DNA of 64,000 nt from Cetorhinus maximus (lineage: Eukaryota): contig NC_135901.1 of NCBI RefSeq assembly GCF_964194155.1, positions 36,704,001 to 36,768,000 on the forward strand. Direction: 5' to 3'. A model generated the notes under the pieces. The model had not been told where the DNA came from. It saw nothing but the letters and a program-made list of their open reading frames with translations, and did not search any database. Position numbers and translations under genes: made by a program. This document shows positions 51,283-63,554 of this stretch, in pieces (positions within the stretch are counted from its first letter, which is position 1; the number at the start of each line of letters is the position of its first letter).

Positions 51283-52399
51283 TGTTTCTCTCTCCACAAA
51301 TGCTACCACACCTGCTGAGTCTTTCCAACATTTTTTGTTTATTTCAGATTTCCAGCATCTGCAGTATTCTGCTTGTATTTTTGTGAACAGTCTGGTTCAG
51401 TCTCAGGCAGTATATATAAATATCACCCTGTCCTATGCACTGAGTCCCAGTCACTCACACATCACCCTGTACTTACTGACCGAGACAGGCTCCCAGTTAA
51501 ACAGAAATTCAATTTAAAATTCTCACTCTTCTTTCCAAATCCGTCCATGACTTTGCTCTCCCCTATTTCCAGTCACACAGAGGCTTGAGGTGACAATAAG
51601 CAAGTAACATTCACACCACACAAGTTTTGGGTGCGTGCAAATAAATTAACCCTTTGAGTTCATCCTATCTTGACTTTGTTGTGGGGTTACTAATAGAAAT
51701 TAGATCATATGAAAACCGAGGATTGGAAAATACTTATAAAGAGGGAAACAAATCAAAAACACCTTTCTGTTTGTGGATGATAAATGAGAGAAATCAGTGT
51801 GGTTTCAATAAACCCCCCTCTTGTCCATAAAATGTTGCAGTAACGTCACTTGATTTGGCCCTGTCTCAGGTCGTGTTTCTGAACTCTCATCTATTCTTTA
51901 TGACATCAAGTCTTGACTGGCTGGCTTCCGTGATAAACTTCAGTTTATCCAAATGCCTGCTTCCTATGTCCTCTGCACGAGTCCCATTCACTCACCCATC
52001 AACCTGACCTCACTGACCTACACGGGCTCTGGTTAAACAGCAACTCAATTCAAAATTCTCATCCTTCTTCTCAAATCCCTCCATGACTTTGCTCTCCCCT
52101 ATTACCAGTCACACAGATGTTTGAATATTTTACCACAGAGAAACATACATTAGGTTCTGATAAATCGAGTGACTCTGTTAGGTTTTGATCTGATGTTTGG
52201 TTTGAGTTTCCCACCTTCAAATTCTGCTCAGCTAATACCCTGTAAAAAAAAACATTGCTGTGAGTCTAATAACGAGCAGAGACAAACATTTGTCTTGGTT
52301 TGAGTTTGCTGTGTGTAAATCCTCCCCTTCTAACCCCCTGTAAAAGGAGTTTCCAAAACCCTGTCAGTCCAGGATAGAAATACACAACATTCTCTCCTC

Positions 52400-52800
52400 C
52401 TGCTACCTGGACCAGGATGACCGCGCATGCGCCCTGCTGCATGATCTCGGGCCTCCAAACTGCAGACGCGGCCCTGCAGATGTTACCGGCCCGTTCGGTG
52501 CTAACTCGGGCCTGATATGTTCTTATTCAGGTTCTGAGGCCTCTGCTTGGTGTTTATGAACTCATCCTACCTACTCTGCCGCCTCCATTACCCTCCTACA
52601 ATCGGCCGCTTCTCTCCGGTCACAGAATCGAAATATCCGCCTTCCCGCAGCTGCAGAATCCCCACTGCGCATGCGCGAATCTAAAAGCGAACCACGCATG
52701 CTCGACTCACAAATGCCACTGCGCCTGCGTAAGAGGCTCCTGCAATGAGAATAGGGCACATTCTGCCTCGTGCCGGGCAAGAGAACCGCCATTGAAATTA
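52400..52800 (-). promoter_or_regulatory. CpG promoter and first exon of ZNF gene D
   Basis: NRF1-like gcgcatgcgc (~52423, ~52667) and tgcgcctgcg, plus a possible donor tag|gtagga (~52570). Paralogous to 22420-22830. Confidence 0.7.
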
Positions 52801-53679
52801 AATGTTGTTCAATTGAAAATTATGTTCTGTGATCCGATTAAGATTGGTGACATAAGAAAGATATATAAAATTATTAAATCAATTTATGCAGCAACCATAA
52901 TGCACGTTCTGTACTGGGTGTAATTAACAGCAGAACAAACCCCTACAGTTAGATGTGAACTCACTGGAATCTCAGGGGTGAACTAGTGATTTTTTTTCCT
53001 CACATACGAAAAATCTAATCTGTGTCTTGCCAGAATGCACCATTTGTGGATCAAATTCTTTGAACTCTTAAGGCCGGAGTGTTAACAGATGGAGAAACTG
53101 ACTAAATCCCTCCTCACACGTGAAATACCTCTCTCCATTTTGACTGTCTCAGTAAATGGGATGACTGAGTGAATTCCTGCCCACTTTCAGTTGGTGAACT
53201 GTCTTTTTGCAGTGGGATTTTACCCATGGGTTCCTAGCTCAGACGTGGATCTCTAACCATTCGGGGAAGAGATTCCAGATTCTCAACACTCCACATTGAT
53301 GGAAAATCAAAATACTGCAGTTGCTATAAATCTGAAATTAAAACAGAAAATTCAGAAATCCTCATCACTTTTGGTAATGAACGTGGAAACAGAATCATAG
53401 TTCACATTTCAGGTCATGACCTTTCATCAGAACTGTATAACTGGATTCAAGTTCAAAGACCTGAAGCATTCACTCTGTTTCTGTTTCCATAGATACTGCT
53501 GAATGCATCCAATATTTTCTGTTTAAAGTTCGGATTTCTTGGTCACTGTGAATCAGTTTTTTCTCACGTAACGTTACCTGGTTAAATAGGTAAAAGATCG
53601 AGGTTTTAAATGAGACAGCAGTTACTGTCACTCTGTTCGACATGAAATGAAACAAAATGGCAATTGCTCATCTTTTAAA

Positions 53680-54290
53680 AATTCTTTCATGGGATGTTGG
53701 TATCGCTGTCAAGGGCAGCATTTGTTCTCCATCCCTAATTACCCTTGAACGGGGTGACTTGCTCGGCTATTTCAGAGAGCAGCTAAGAGTCAATCACATT
53801 GCTGCGGGTCTGGAGTTGCATGGAGGTCAGATTGGATAAGGACGCCACAGTTCTTTCCTGAAAGGATATTAGTGAACCAGATGGGTTCTCAGGACAATCG
53901 AAGAAAGCTTCAGTTCACCATTATTGAGACTAGCTTTCAATTCCAGATTTATTAATTCAATTCCCAATTCATCAAGGCTCATTCAACATCATCTTCCAAA
54001 CCCGTGACCTCTACCACCTCGAAGGACAAGGGAAGAGGATGCATAGGAACACAACCACCTGCAAATTCCCCTCCAAGACTGACTTGGAATTGTATCACCG
54101 TTCCTCCACTGTCACTAGGTCAAATTCCTGGAAGCCCCTCCCCAACAGCACTGTGGGTATACCTGCACCACATGGACTTCAGTCATTCAAGAAGAGGCTC
54201 ACCAACACCTTCTCAAGGGAAAATTAAGGATGGGTAAGATATATATTGGCCGAGCCAGCGGTGCCCACATCCCATGAAAGAATAAAAAAT
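53680..54290. mobile_element. SINE (-) joined to a LINE 3' end (+) of the tRNA-headed family
   Basis: 53680-53960 is the reverse SINE tail and body. 53975-54290 is the LINE 3' end finishing cccacatcccatgaaagaataaaaaa. Confidence 0.75.
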
Positions 54291-54464
54291 CAAAATCTCA
54301 AGTTGTGGTGGAATCTGAAGCCTTATGCCTGGGCCTCTGGATTAATTCTCACTGATTTTATTACTGTACCACCTCCATTCGGAAGCAATTGATGGGTAAA
54401 CCTTCCAGGTGAGACCTAACTGGGTAATTTCACGTTTAAAGCAAACACGATGACCACAGCACAA

Positions 54465-54700
54465 CAAAAACAAAAAAAATACTGGAAAAACTCAGCAGGT
54501 CTGACAGCCCCTGTGGAGATAAAGACAGAGTAATCATTTCGAGTCCATGTGACTCTTCCTCAGACCTGGGTTTCGAGTCATACGGACTCGAAACATTAAC
54601 TGCCTTTCTCTCTACAGATGCTGCCAGACCTGATGAGTTTTTCCAGCATTTTTTGTTTTTGTTTCAGATTTCCAGCATCCACAATATTTTGTCTTTATCA
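54465..54700. mobile_element. Palindromic Penelope-pLTR-derived element (~85-bp arms)
   Basis: ctggaaaaactcagcaggtctg...tttcgagtcc and ggactcgaaa...cagacctgatgagttttttccag. Confidence 0.8.
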
Positions 54701-55219
54701 TAATGACCACTGCACTCGGGCAATCAGTGTCACACATTCCGTATAGAGGGGAAATGGCCATACATCTGTCACTCTCATTCACAACCAGAAAATGCTGGAA
54801 AAACTCAGCAGGTCAGGCTGAGTCTGTGCAGGGAGAAACAATTAATGGTTCAGGCTGCTGAACTTTCATCAGAACTGGAAAGAAGTTAAAGATGTTACAG
54901 ATTTTCAGAAAGTTCACAGACAGGGAAAGGGGAAAGGAGAGAGAACCGAAGAGAAGGTTTCTGATCAAATGGAGGACAGGAGAGAATAAATAACAAAAGG
55001 TGTGAGGATGTAAGGGAAAAGCGATGGTGATGGAACTAGGAAAGAAACTAAAGGTGGGAGAGTCATTCTGTGTCTGTCATCTATTTCTGCTCTGATTGGA
55101 AATGTGTTGCTTCTTTGTTGACCCATTTCACTTCTGTCCCACGCTGAAAACCCTCAATCCTTCCCCACCGTTACCTTTTACTAATATTTCATTGAGTAAA
55201 CACGCAAAAGACACACGGG

Positions 55220-55325
55220 AGCGGGGGGCCGGGGGAGGGGGGGGTGGGGTGGAGAGGGTCGGGGGGCTGGGGGAGGGGTGGGGGAGGGTCGGGGCGGGGG
55301 GGGTTGCGGGGCGGGAAGTGGGGTG
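55220..55325 (+). repeat. G-run low-complexity tract (G-quadruplex-capable)
   Basis: More than 10 runs of three or more G. Confidence 0.8.
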
Positions 55326-55551
55326 ACGATGATTATTTTGAGACATCGAGACAATGAAAAGTAGAAACCTTTAGGAGGCCATTCGATCCATCATGCCCAT
55401 GCTGGCAGGATAAGAACAATCTAGTCTAATCCCACATTCTAGCTCTTGCTCTGTATCTCTTGTGGGTTATAACACCTCAAAGGTTTCACAAGTGTGTTTT
55501 TTGTTAATCCTATTGAGATTTATGTCTCAACCAAGCACAAGATCAACGTCT

Positions 55552-55633
55552 GTAACAGTGGGAGAGCAGTTAAGTTGATGGTTTTGACCTTCATTGCGGT
55601 CTCCCTGCACAGCTATGAGCTCCGCTGACTACA
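55552..55633 (+). pseudogene. tRNA-Ser pseudogene, highly decayed
   Basis: gagcagttaagttgatgg...cattgcggtctccctgcacag...gctgactac. It is followed by the same downstream module as the other Ser copies. Confidence 0.55.
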
Positions 55634-56084
55634 ATCTTCATCATTTCCAATTTTAACCAGGTGCCGACAGAGTTAATTATCGGTAAATGGAGCAACAACC
55701 ATCCCAAGACTATTGTTTTTTCTTATTTGCACTCATCTGCAATCATTCACCAAATTTCCAGTCGAAAATGGAACAAAAATTGATTCAGGCTGTTGGCATT
55801 CTTGCGTTCTGGGTGTTTGTCTCTCCTTAGAGACAATCCCTTGCCCTCTGTCACTCGTGGTGTATATGTCTGTGTGTGTTCCTCTGTGTGTGTGTCAGTG
55901 TGGTTCAGCTCCCCATTTTTCGCATCCAAAAATCATTCACGTTAGTTAGTGTAGCTTCATATTAATGTCGTATAAGGTGGAGGGGGAGGAGAAGTTTTAA
56001 AACATGCAAGGGGAGATTCATTTAGTTATTTCTTGATTTATTTTAATGGAGGCTGCCCATCTACTAAGTGCTGTAAGTTTCAAA

Positions 56085-56385
56085 TAATCATCTATTGCCA
56101 TCTTGAATGCCTCAATTGAACCTGCCTCCACCATACTTCCAGGCAGTGCATTCCAGACTTGAACCACGCGCTGTGTGAAAAAGTTTATTCTCACATCATC
56201 TTCTTTTATAAATCACTTTAAGTCTGTACCCTTTCGTCCTTCAGCTCTTGATGAGAGGGAACAGTTTCTCCCTATCTACTCTATCCAGGCCCCTCATGAC
56301 TTTGAACACTTCTATCAAATCTCCTTTTAGCCTTCTCCTGTCCAAGGCGAACAGTCCCAACCTCTCCAATCTATCTTCATAACCG
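56085..56385 (-). mobile_element. CR1 fragment
   Basis: CR1 ORF2 C-terminal sequence. It is absent from the paralogous block at 44.1-44.2 kb. Confidence 0.8.
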
Positions 56386-57159
56386 AGCAACATTTAAACA
56401 AACAGGTACCGAGTCCTTGTGGTCGAATGTTAAAGGCAGTGGACACATCGAGATAATGAATTTCTAAATACAAATAGCCCAAACTGAAATCACCCGGACA
56501 TTAGGAACTGTTTCTACTGCTGTCAGGTGTCGCAAGGAACAGGAAGATAAAAGTTAATTCACAAATGTTCCAGGAACGGATAGGTTATAATCACCAGGAA
56601 AGGCTGAACAGCCTGAAGCTCTTTTCTCTAGAAAAGAGAAGGCTGAGAGATGATCTGATAGAAATGGGATGCCTTGTCCCTGTTTCATCAGGAGTTCGAG
56701 GTGAAATTTATTCACCAGCTGCAGATTTACAACTGCTAAACCTGCATCAAACAAACAATGAAATGTTCAGAGATATAGAAAGAAAGATTCTACATAGAGA
56801 TGTGACTCTTAAAATCGGATTTTGTCATCTGCTGAATTCGCATTTTTATCAAACTCTCCCTGTGATGAGATTACAACAGTAAATACACTTCAAAAGGATT
56901 TCATTGGCTCTGAAGCACCTCCCGTTGTCCTGAGTTGGTGAAAGACTCTGTTTAAATGTAAGTCTTTCTTTCTCTTCTTTCTTTCCGTCTGTCAATCTAA
57001 GTTAGCGATCGTATGAAACGGTAAAGTGTTTCTGTTCCTTTCAGTGTCTCTGTACATCTGTCTCAGTCTCTTTCACTCTATCAGTCTCTCTGTCTGTGTC
57101 TCTATCCCTGTTGACTCCTGTTCTCTATGTTCCCTCTATTCTCTCGCTGCCTGTGTGCA

Positions 57160-57620
57160 ACCAAGATTCACTGGATTGATTCCTGAGATGAGGATGAGAG
57201 ATTAAATGGGATGAGTCTGTTCTCTCTGGAGTTTAGACTAATGAGAGGTGATCTCATTGAACATTCTGAGCCAGCTTGACAGTGAACATGCTGAGAGGCT
57301 GTTTTTCCCTGGCTGGAGCGTCAAGAACTGGGCTCACAGTCTCTGCATAATGTGTCAGCCATTTAGGACTGAGGTGAGGAGACATTTCTTCACTCAAATG
57401 CTTGTGAATCTTTGGAATTATGTAGCCCAGAGGTCTGTGGATCCTCAGTCAATGAGAATATTGAAGGCTGAGATGGATAGATTTTTGGATTTTAAGGGAA
57501 TAAAGGCCTATCGGGGACAGGGGGGAAACTGGTGTTGAGGCTGCGGATCCACCATTATCTTATTTAATGGTAGAGGAGGCTCGATGGGCATATGGTCAAT
57601 TCCTGCTGTATTGCTAATCT
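57160..57620 (+). mobile_element. CR1 3' end
   Basis: FRTEVRRHFFTQ..VNLWN plus tail. Confidence 0.85.
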
Positions 57621-57659
57621 TCTAATTCAGTGGCAATGCCAATCAAGGTAATGGCAAAA

Positions 57660-57740
57660 AGCCAGGTTAGAGTGGTCTAAATTCCTGGATTCTGGTTACA
57701 GTCTTTCTAGAGACTTGGGTTCGAATCTGTCTCCTCTCAA
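57660..57740 (+). pseudogene. tRNA-Leu pseudogene
   Basis: gagtggtctaa...ctggatt...cagtct...tgggttcgaatc. Confidence 0.6.
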
Positions 57741-58009
57741 CGTTATAGGTGGTTTAACCTCGGGGTGCTTTGCATGCTATCTTTTGTCCAACAAACGCCG
57801 CCTTAAGCTGATGTAGATTGTCTTTCCTTTTAGCAGGAAAAACGAGGAGAGAAAATACAAATACAATTGCTGTGGGGAAAAGGCGGGATTGTGGAATTAG
57901 TTGAGTTGATCTTCCAGACAGCCAGCACGGGAATGATGGGCCGAATGTCCTGCTTATCTGCTGTAGCCATCTACGATTTTATAACAACATCACCCTGTCC
58001 AAAGGACCA

Positions 58010-58064
58010 GTCGTTGTGGCCGAGTGGTTAAGGCGATGGAGTCCAAATCCATTACGGTTTCCTG
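58010..58064 (+). pseudogene. tRNA-Ser-body pseudogene lacking the T arm
   Basis: gtcgttgtggccgagtggttaaggcgatgga-gtCCAaa-tccatt. Confidence 0.75.
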
Positions 58065-58659
58065 CTTCTCATTATTCCTGGTTTTAACTCTGTGTCTACA
58101 GAGTTAATTATCGGTTACATTGAATTAAATCCATCCAAACACTCGGGAGTTTTCCTATTTCTGTTCATTCACGAAAATATTCACGAAGCTTGCATTCAGA
58201 AATGGACCAACAACGGAGCCTGGTTGGTGTCATGTTTGCTTTCTGGGTGCTTGTCTCTCCTTAGAGACAAACCCTTGCCCTCTGTCACTCTCAGTGTCTA
58301 TGTCTGTGTGTGTTCCTGTGTGTGTCAATGTGGTTCAGTTTCCGAGGGGGTGAACACAATTTTATCATCACAAACTTTATTCACATTAGTTGTGCAGCTT
58401 CAGATGAAAATGTTACAGAGAAAAATGTCAGGATGAAAGATGCAAGAGGAGTTTGCAATGTTTGGAAGGAGGTTCAGCTAAGAAGTGGAAGATGTGAATT
58501 ATGTTATTGATGATTGGGAGGAATGCATTGCAACCTTGGGGCTTTTGTAGCTCGATTACCTTCTACACTTTGAAATTCAGAGCAAGCTGAGGCTCCAGGT
58601 GGAAAACAACGTTTTTCTCCATGTATGTTGGCATATGGATCATTTTTTTTTTCAAACTT

Positions 58660-58714
58660 GCCCGGGTGACTCAGTCAGTAGAACATAAGATTATTAATCT
58701 TTGGGTAGTGGGCG
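58660..58714 (+). pseudogene. tRNA-Lys pseudogene with T-arm deletion
   Basis: gcccgggtgactcagtcagtagaacataagattattaatct..gggtagtgggcg, followed by a T-run. Confidence 0.7.
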
Positions 58715-59485
58715 CCATTGTGTTTTTTTCGAATTTTGCTGCTTTGAAAATAGCCACCAACCTCATCACTGCGGCTCCTGTGAAACCTACAAGACAGACA
58801 TTCATTACTCAAAGCAACTGAGACACAACAAATTCAAAACACTTTCATGTCACACCTCTTTCTGCTTCTGCCCCTGCCTAGAAATGAGAAGATAACTCGT
58901 TGAATTTACTCAGTATTTTGGTTTCAAAAGAGCCAAATACAAGGTAATCTCACTAGAGTGAGTTATAATATGGCAGAATGACTGCGAATGAAGCAACAGT
59001 GGTGTTAGGGAACATAAAATTATAGAAAGTTACAGCACAGAAAGAGACAATTCCGCCCTGCGTGCTGCTTTCAAAGAGCAGTTGTGAGTGGTTGATCCAT
59101 CAGGAATGATATTTGTATCAGTGCAAACAGTAGGCAGCAACATTTGTCCTTCTCCCACCCATACTTTGCCTCACATCACCATATTTTTGACCAATGCTTT
59201 GCAACCAGCCCTTCTCTTCTCCTTCTTTCATTCACTCACTCTGTGTCCATATTTGTTCTCGATCTGTTCCAGCTGGTTCCAGATTGCTGGAAAATGGGAT
59301 TAGAATAGTTCGGTACTGGTTTGACCAGCACAGACTCGATGGGCCGAAGGGCCTTTTTCTGTGCTGTGGCCCTCGATGGCTCTGTGACTATGGGTCTATG
59401 AGCGGTGACATTTTCAGCTGTGAGATGAGATTTCAATTCTCACTCCACTGATTCTGGCGGAGTTGTTAAATGTTTCAATAAGTAA

Positions 59486-59557
59486 GGAATTAACCAATAA
59501 CTGAACCTCGGCCACAGCAGTGAGAGCGCTGAATGCTAATCACTAGGACACCAGGGA
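59486..59557 (-). pseudogene. tRNA-Glu(CTC) pseudogene
   Basis: tccctggtgtcctagtgattagcattcagcgctCTCactgctgtggccgaggttca. Confidence 0.8.
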
Positions 59558-60409
59558 AACTGGCAATAGGCTTATTGGTTTGCCTTACCCATGCTGCTTT
59601 TGCCCTTTTTTTTTCATTTCAGATCTTTTACCACAAAACTGCTTGTTTAGATGGAACACAAACGACTTCTTTAGCCAATGACAGCAACAGTTGCTGTGAT
59701 CTGGAACATGAAATCGACAGTGAGGTGAAATAGTCCCACAAGCTGCTCATGTGTAACTTTCAATTTCTCAAACCCATCAACCTCATCACTGCGGCTCCTG
59801 TGAAACTGACAAGGGAACACACGGCAGAAATTCATCACTGAAAGTAACTGACACACATCAAATTCTGCCGCTTTCATGTCACATATGTTTCTACATCTGT
59901 CCCTACCCCCACCCCACCCCACCCCACCCCCCTCCCCCACTCCCGTCCCTGGCGCCCCCCACCCCCACCCATGCACGTCCAGCTCCCTCTGCCCATCCTT
60001 CTCCCAGGTCAATTCGCTGCTTGATGTAGACACAGTCAGTGAACCCAGGCTTTCCCTTTCCCTGGAAAGTAGGGAAAGGGAATGTCAAACCCAAGGATTT
60101 TAGAGGGATGGGTTTGAAGATGACATGGTAAAGATAAACCAGGACCTAATTTTCCTGATTCTCTCACATACTGATTACATGAATGTGCACAGTGCCGATT
60201 ATCCACAGCTGCAGACTCCTTCTGGTCTTTTGCACGTTGTTAAGCTTTGAAACCACTCGCTAGAGTGGATTATAAAATAGCAGAATGACTGTGAAAGAAG
60301 TAACCATTGTGTTGGGAAGTAACAATTTATGGAAAGTTATAGCAAAGAAAGAGGCCATTCGGCCTGTGTGCTGCTCTCAAGGAGCAGTGTGATTGGCTGA
60401 CCTCAATAT

Positions 60410-60680
60410 TCAAGCAAATTTATCATTTAGGAAGGATAGGCAAAAATGACAAGGAGGTGGGGTAGTGTTGTTAATAAGGGACAAGATCAGTACATTCGTG
60501 AGAGAGGATCTTAGATCGAAGGATCGAGCAGTAGAATCAGTTTGGGTGGGGCTCAGAAACAGCAAGAGGGAACAAACATTGGTGGGTGTTGTTTAAAGGC
60601 CACCAAACTGTAGTGGTAATGTTGGGCACGGTATCTGTCAGGAAATTAGAGCTGCAAGTGACATGGGTAATACAGGAATA
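60410..60680 (+). mobile_element. CR1 endonuclease fragment
   Basis: Translates to FRKDR..GGGVVLL..VESVWV. Confidence 0.7.
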
Positions 60681-60849
60681 ATATTCTGTCTTGCACCACC
60701 AGCTCTATAGTCAGTACTTTGTAACCTATCACAGCCCTTCTCTTTTATTTCCACTTTCCCTCTCCATCTTTGTGTTTGTTCTCAATTTGTTCCACGTGTG
60801 ACATTTCCAGCTGTGATGTGAAACTTCAAATCTCACTCCCCAGTTGACT

Positions 60850-61500
60850 CGGTGTTGGACTTCCTCATCGATGAATAGTCCCTTGAGAGAGGCAGCTGCC
60901 GAGATAAGGGAAGTGCTGCACATACTATAGGCCAACCCCATCTGCGTGGATGGCACAAGGGATGCTTAACTGGCCCAGGGAAGGTTGGTCTTGGCGATGT
61001 TTAAGGACAGGCAAAGCCTGTTGAAGTGGCCAAGCATCCTTTGCATATCTCCTACAGAGTGAACCATCATGCAACAGTCATCCTCAAACTGAAGGTCGTG
61101 GATGTCCACGGTGGTGAGTTTTGGTTTTTGTCCGGAAGCAACCAAGGTTGAAGAGCTTCCCATCCAGATAATTTTGAATGTTGACACTAGGTTGTAGGTC
61201 ATCTTGGATGAAGTGGACGATGACAGTCAGGTAAATGGTGAACAAGTTGGGGGCGATCACACAACCTTGTATGGCCCTGGTCCGGATGTGAAAGGTATCA
61301 GTTTCAGATCCTCCACTCAGGACGGAGGCGGTCATGCTGTCATGCAGGAGTCGCAGGACGGTGACAAACTTCAATGGGCAACCAAAGCGCTGGAGGAAGA
61401 TCCATAAAGCTTCACGACTGAAAGAATCAAACTCCTTGGTCAGGTCCATGAAGATGAGGAACAATTCTTGATTTTGCTTCTGGCCTTTTTCATGAATAGC
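60850..61500 (-). mobile_element. RTE-clade LINE RT fragment
   Basis: FMDLTKEFD, FGCP, QGCVIAP, DGKLFNL and LQFEDD motifs. Confidence 0.85.
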
Positions 61501-61765
61501 GTTTGAAACTGGGGAACTGAGACACATTGACACATACAGGGGAACACACACAGACATATGCACTGAGACGGAAGGGCAAGGGATTGTCTCTAAGGAGAGA
61601 CAAAAACTCAGAAAGTAAGTATGTTCCAGTTCCAACTGCAAGTTTCGTGAATGTTTTCGTGAATGAACAGAGATAGGAAAACGCCTGGGTGTTTGGATGG
61701 ATTTTATTTAATTTAATCGATAATTAACTCTGTAGCCACACAGTTAAAGCCAGAAGTAATGAGAA

Positions 61766-61821
61766 GCGGGGAACCCCAATGGATTTGGCCTCCATCGCCT
61801 TAACCACTCGGCCACAACGGT
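61766..61821 (-). pseudogene. tRNA-Ser-body pseudogene lacking the T arm
   Basis: gttgtggccgagtggttaaggcgatgga-ggCCAaa-tccattggggttccccgc. Same breakpoint as the 58010 copy. Confidence 0.75.
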
Positions 61822-61990
61822 TGGCCACAGTGATGAGGTTGGTGAGTTTTGGAAATTGAAAGTTGCACATGAGCAGCTTGTGGGGCTATTTCACCTCACT
61901 GTCGGTTTCATGTCCCAGCTCACAGCAATCGTTCTTGTCATTGGTGGTCTCAAGTGAAGAAATGGCAAAAGTGGCGTGGATGAGACAATT

Positions 61991-62062
61991 TCCTTGGTTA
62001 TCTCATGGTTAGGTTTCTGTGCTTTCACCTCCACGGCCCGGGTTTAATTCCTGGGTAGGGGT
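61991..62062 (+). pseudogene. tRNA-Glu(TTC) pseudogene
   Basis: tccttggttatctcatggttaggtttctgtgctTTCacctccacggcccgggtttaattcc. Confidence 0.8.
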
Positions 62063-63028
62063 TGAGAATTGTTGCTCTGGTGCGATTTCTCCGTATGCAT
62101 ATGAGCTCCTTCCTGATTGGCACCATCAATACTATCAGCTTCACCAGAATCAGTCCAGTTGGGTTTAAGGTTCGGCACCAATAATGGAAATGTCGGCTGA
62201 GCAATAAATCTGGAGCAATTACAGAGGTGAAGAGATTTAGTGAAATGAAAAGAGACGGACAGTGAAAGGCTGCAAGAAACCAGATATGAACGGACTACAG
62301 AGATGCTGTGTCCTTTGGCTACAAGGAAATATTATCCAAACTTTGCCAGGCCTGCTCTTATTCAGTAAGTTTCTACACAAATAGATTTATTCATGTTCAT
62401 TTCAAATAAAATGAAAGAAATTAGATCCAACATGTGCATAACATCCAATCTATTCGAAATATTGGGTTCAAAACAACTCATACAAATTGATTCTCTGATT
62501 GCATACCCCGAACTGGAACACACCATCACACTGAGTGAATCCACTGTCTGTTTCAGTCCTCTCCGCTGTGTAACATGTGGGCACTGAGTCAGTTCGCAGG
62601 CTGGAGTCAATTCGCAGACTGAACTCAAAAAAACACAGAAACAGTCAATCTCCTTTGGCAACGTTTGAACCTGCTGTTATTCTCTGTACCATTTACCATG
62701 AAGATACATAAAGTACGTGAATAATGTTTGTAATGGTAAAAAAAAATGTGTTCAACACCTCGGGGAACTGAAGCACATTAACACACACAGAGGAACACAG
62801 AGAGACATATACACCGAGAGTGACAGGGGCCTAAGGAGAGACAAACACCCAGAAAACAAGGTTGTCACCAATTTGGCTCAGTTTGTTACATTTCCGACTG
62901 CAGGTTTGGCGAATGCTTGCAGATGAATGGAAATGAAGGAACGCGGAAGTGAAGTGGGGAAAAAGACAGGAGTGTTTGGAATGTTTTGATTCTATTTAAC
63001 CAATAATTAATTCTGGAGGTACTAAAAG

Positions 63029-63110
63029 CGCAGTTGGCAGGATTCAATCTTGCATGGGGAAAGCCCAGTAGGTTTCGAATCCATCGCCTTAACCACTCGG
63101 CCCTGAATAC
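63029..63110 (-). pseudogene. tRNA-Ser(CGA) pseudogene
   Basis: 82 nt, ggccgagtggttaaggcgatggattCGAaa...gaatcctgccaactgcg then tttt. Acceptor stem, anticodon stem and B box are mismatched. Confidence 0.75.
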
Positions 63111-63308
63111 AAACATTAGGTAAACCGTAATGTTGTTCAAATAAAACCGGAGAATGGTTACAACAGAGAAAGCTGGACTCGGTCCCTGCCATATCCGGTC
63201 ACCCTGCAATTTATCCTCGTTCTTCTGTCCAAAATGAAACACCGCAGGCGTCAACTACCCCAAGCGCACATTGATGGATTTGTTGAAATGTCAGATGAGC
63301 GGAAATGT

Positions 63309-63392
63309 TTGCTGCAGTGGGACTTGAACCCATGGCTTCCTGAAAAAGCTGGAGTTCGAAATCAAACGCCTGAGACTGCTCGACCACTCGGT
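63309..63392 (-). pseudogene. tRNA-Leu pseudogene
   Basis: gtggtcgagcagtctcaggcg...ctccag...tgggttcaagtcccactgcagc. Confidence 0.65.
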
Positions 63393-63554
63393 ACGTCACT
63401 GTAACCATTGCCTTGAACGGTATCAGCATTGAATTAGAACATTACAGGAGCATAAATTGAACCATTTTGCCACTGGAGCCACTCAGTATTACAGAACCAG
63501 AGCCAAGGTTACACCACATAGAGAGGCCATTTGGCCCGATCCATAGGGACAAAG

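Noticed and set aside
58010-58460. tRNA-Ser + module as a new SINE
   Set aside because: Upstream flanks, including tRNA-Leu and a CR1 tail, are also shared and no TSD or tail is seen, which favours segmental duplication.
55096-60103. Gly/Pro-rich ORFs at 55.1-55.3 and 59.7-60.1 kb
   Set aside because: They come from low-complexity G and C tracts.
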